Source: a virus (taxonomy: Duplodnaviria > Caudoviricetes). From it: 25,871 bases of DNA. The stretch spans positions 1-25,871 of IMG/VR virus record IMGVR_UViG_3300027798_000198. One strand, given 5' to 3'. Numbering within the stretch: position 1 is the first letter of the stretch; each line of letters opens with the position of its first letter. Below the pieces are notes generated by a model. That model searched no databases and was not told the origin of the DNA. It saw only the letters and a list, made by a program, of their open reading frames with translations. The position numbers were made by a program, and so were the translations under genes. This document shows positions 23,639-25,871 of this stretch, one piece after another.

Positions 23639-23939
23639 TTGGGCAGGTCATTCATCTGCTGGTTTCCCAACAAAACTTGATATAGAGCGGCTCAACATTT
23701 TAGAGGAGATAGTTAAGAAGGTTAGCCAGATTAGAACCTATGAAGCCCATCGAACTTTAGTTAGTTTTGAGGTTACCCCAAGAATGGGTGCTTATGTGAT
23801 TGGATCAGAATTTAAACCAGAGAGAGTAATTCTGGCTGAACATAAATGCAGCACATTTACCTTATTTGAAACTGAGCCACCTGATTACTGGAATCGCAAC
23901 ATCAACCACAAACCAATACTAGAGGAGATACCCTTCTAA
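23586..23939 (+). CDS. Hypothetical protein with CxxC...HxC Zn motif
   Basis: NCRACGKLIW...AEHKC...EEIPF. Confidence 0.7.
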   Translation: MNYLDFKPINCRACGKLIWAGHSSAGFPTKLDIERLNILEEIVKKVSQIRTYEAHRTLVSFEVTPRMGAYVIGSEFKPERVILAEHKCSTFTLFETEPPDYWNRNINHKPILEEIPF

Positions 23940-24685
23940 TGAACTGCCAAGTATGTAGCAGAACTACTCAGGTTGAAGGTGCCTGCCGAGTTTGCTTTAT
24001 GAAAGTTAAATCCTCATTGGTTGAAATACCTGACCTACACTTTGAAGCCCAGATGTTTATTACCCCAGGTAGGAGTGGTTCAGGCAAGGCTAGCGCTGAG
24101 AGAAGCATTGGGGTAAATGTTGCAGCCCTAGATTTTTCAGTGGCTACTGACCTACTGCGAACCCTGCATTCTTGGGAAGTAATCATTAGATCAGATAGGA
24201 AACTAACCCCACCTGCGCTGGTACCCAAAGAGCCAACTATTGATGCTGAGGTGCAGGCAACAGTGGATTTCCACTGCTCCCACTTAGAATGGAGCCTTAG
24301 CCAAGAATGGGCGGTAGAATTTGCTAGTGAGGTTTATGGCCTCCATGCTAAAGGCAGATCAGCCGCAAAAAGATTTACAGAACAGGCAAGAAGGATTCCT
24401 TGCCCAACTGATGATTGCAAACGATTTGTTGTAATTGATGTAGAAAATCTTATGGATGATGTTTCTTGCTTCGGATGTAAACAGAGTTGGTCAGTACTTA
24501 GGTTAATAGCCTTAGCAATGAGCAACCCTGATAGAAAGTTTTATTTAGATGTTGAGGCAATAGCGGCTTGGATGGGAACTACCGAAAGAACTGTTTACAA
24601 TTTAATAAAAACTCATAAGGTAGAAAGGCGAGGTAGTTTGTATGATCTCTCTGCAATCATCAAAGCCAAGAACTCAACACTTTAA
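23939..24685 (+). CDS. Zn-finger plus C-terminal HTH protein, putative transcription regulator
   Basis: CQVC..CRVC, CPTDDC...CFGC, DVEAIAAWMGTTERTVYNLI (HTH). Confidence 0.65.
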   Translation: MNCQVCSRTTQVEGACRVCFMKVKSSLVEIPDLHFEAQMFITPGRSGSGKASAERSIGVNVAALDFSVATDLLRTLHSWEVIIRSDRKLTPPALVPKEPTIDAEVQATVDFHCSHLEWSLSQEWAVEFASEVYGLHAKGRSAAKRFTEQARRIPCPTDDCKRFVVIDVENLMDDVSCFGCKQSWSVLRLIALAMSNPDRKFYLDVEAIAAWMGTTERTVYNLIKTHKVERRGSLYDLSAIIKAKNSTL

Positions 24686-24709
24686 TTTGCATAAGTTTTC
24701 ACTCTTTTG

Positions 24710-24780
24710 TGTTACACTTGCGTTAGCAGATTTTACTATCTCTGCGAAAGCCCTAGCCAAATTGTCTAGGGTTTCTTTAT
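24710..24780 (+). promoter_or_regulatory. Putative extended -10 promoter followed by two hairpins
   Basis: TG-T-TACACT 24710-24718, GCAGA/TCTGC hairpin, AAGCCCTAG/CTAGGGTTT plus T-rich tail. Confidence 0.45.
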
Positions 24781-24794
24781 TGGTTGGAAAAGTT

Positions 24795-24953
24795 ATGAAT
24801 GGAGAAGTTGAGGATTTAACCGAAATAGATGAAGCCCTTATTCATGCTTCTCGCACTCGTAATGATCCAGCCTTTACACATCGCCAACGCGAAATAGTTA
24901 ATAAGTTTATTGATGATCTATTAGATTCCAGATCAGAACTTACAAAATGCTAA
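24795..24953 (+). CDS. Hypothetical protein (52 aa)
   Basis: MNGEVEDLTEIDEAL...FIDDLLDSR. The longer track ORF crosses the regulatory region. Confidence 0.65.
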   Translation: MNGEVEDLTEIDEALIHASRTRNDPAFTHRQREIVNKFIDDLLDSRSELTKC

Positions 24954-25162
24954 GCATCAGAATAAAGATACTTGATATAGCAACTGAAATAGAAACTGAT
25001 CAAAACTTATCATTTGATGCAATTGATTCTTTATTAAATCGGGCGGTGCAATCAACACTGCAATCATATCTATCGTTACCAGAGAGTGATCGCCTTGCGC
25101 CATATAAACTTTACACACCTGAGCATGACGATATAGATGATGATGATGAGGATTCAGAATGA
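24947..25162 (+). CDS. Hypothetical acidic protein (71 aa)
   Basis: Overlaps both neighbours, acidic tail. Confidence 0.65.
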   Translation: MLSIRIKILDIATEIETDQNLSFDAIDSLLNRAVQSTLQSYLSLPESDRLAPYKLYTPEHDDIDDDDEDSE

Positions 25163-25520
25163 TCTGCAAAATTGCAGGCATTGTAAATTAGATTTACCAT
25201 TACATAGATTCCACAAAGATCGCAAGAAACCAAATGGTTTATATCATACTTGCAGGAGTTGCCGCAGTAAGTATCGCAGGCTTATTGATCTATCGGATGC
25301 TGAATACAAAAAGATACTTGAATCGCAAAACAACCAATGCGCTATATGTGGCACAAATGCTTCGGAATATAAATCATTATTAAATGTAGATCACGATTAC
25401 AAAACTAAAAAGATTCGTGGATTACTTTGTACCAATTGCAACATGGGATTAGGACACTTCAAAGATTCACTGAGTAATTTACATCGTGCCTTGATGTACA
25501 TAGCCAGGCACAATGTTTAA
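25137..25520 (+). CDS. Endonuclease VII-family (His-Me finger) protein with N-terminal Zn finger; start uncertain (25137-25146)
   Basis: CRHC...CRSC, QNNQCAIC, VDHDY...RGLLCTNCNMGLGHFKD. Confidence 0.85.
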   Translation: MMMMRIQNDLQNCRHCKLDLPLHRFHKDRKKPNGLYHTCRSCRSKYRRLIDLSDAEYKKILESQNNQCAICGTNASEYKSLLNVDHDYKTKKIRGLLCTNCNMGLGHFKDSLSNLHRALMYIARHNV

Positions 25521-25812
25521 GTTGCCTCGGCCTTGCGTTGATTGCCAAGTGATTACCAGGTCAGCAAGATGTGTTAGTTGTAAAAGAATAAAAGATAAGC
25601 AAAGACCGACACCAACTCAGCGCGGCTATGATTCTAAATGGCGTAAATTATCCAAGGAATTTAGAACTGTTTATCCTTACTGTTTTAAATGCGGATCAAC
25701 AAAAGATTTAACAACTGACCACATAGTCAGTAAGAAAAACGGCGGCCAATCCATTTGGTCAAACCTGCAAACGCTTTGCCGCATTCACAATTCAGAAAAA
25801 GGTTCGGGCTAA
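25513..25812 (+). CDS. HNH endonuclease, probably packaging-associated (HK97 gp74-like)
   Basis: RGYDSKWRKL, CFKCG, TDHIV, NLQTLCRIHNSEKG. Last gene before the expected terminase. Confidence 0.85.
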   Translation: MFKLPRPCVDCQVITRSARCVSCKRIKDKQRPTPTQRGYDSKWRKLSKEFRTVYPYCFKCGSTKDLTTDHIVSKKNGGQSIWSNLQTLCRIHNSEKGSG

Positions 25813-25871
25813 CCCCCGCCCAGGCATTATCGGGTACGGCATATAAGTTCAGGCAGCGTGCGGCTAGATAC

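Noticed and set aside
947-25181. Short antisense or out-of-frame track ORFs overlapping major genes (e.g. 1312-1503, 1787-2035, 8408-8689, 21769-22035, 22654-22914)
   Set aside because: Shadow ORFs with no RBS or motifs, fully overlapping well-supported genes.

Overview
This 25.9 kb, roughly 40% GC window is most of a small siphovirus genome with HK97-type head genes. The whiB gene, Cas4-like nuclease, Hjc-type resolvase, Prim-Pol/helicase and low GC point to a phage of low-GC freshwater Actinobacteria (host is inference). Gene order: prohead protease (5'-truncated, multidomain), major capsid, a glycosyltransferase, head-tail genes, two tandem paralogous tail tube genes, tail assembly chaperone with a -1 frameshift, tape measure, tail tip/fibre genes, lysis genes, a glycosyltransferase/epimerase cluster, a bidirectional terminator, a leftward cluster of small early genes with repeated promoter/leader units and a ribbon-helix-helix regulator, a rightward replication/recombination operon with an iteron-like putative origin, and terminal endonuclease VII and HNH genes. 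Terminase and portal should lie just outside the window. No integrase, DNA polymerase or CRISPR was seen. The most notable signals are: (1) a perfect 15-bp hairpin whose loop is exactly complementary to the ribosome-binding site of the capsid-adjacent glycosyltransferase, within a three-glycosyltransferase plus epimerase system; (2) repeated promoter-operator-hairpin-RBS units and repeat-bounded mini-gene cassettes; (3) candidate exchange boundaries around the receptor-binding module; (4) a minimal tRNA-like element; (5) an origin flanked by DnaA boxes and bridged by an ORF; (6) apparent complete absence of AGCT. All family calls are from motif recognition by eye; no searches were run.
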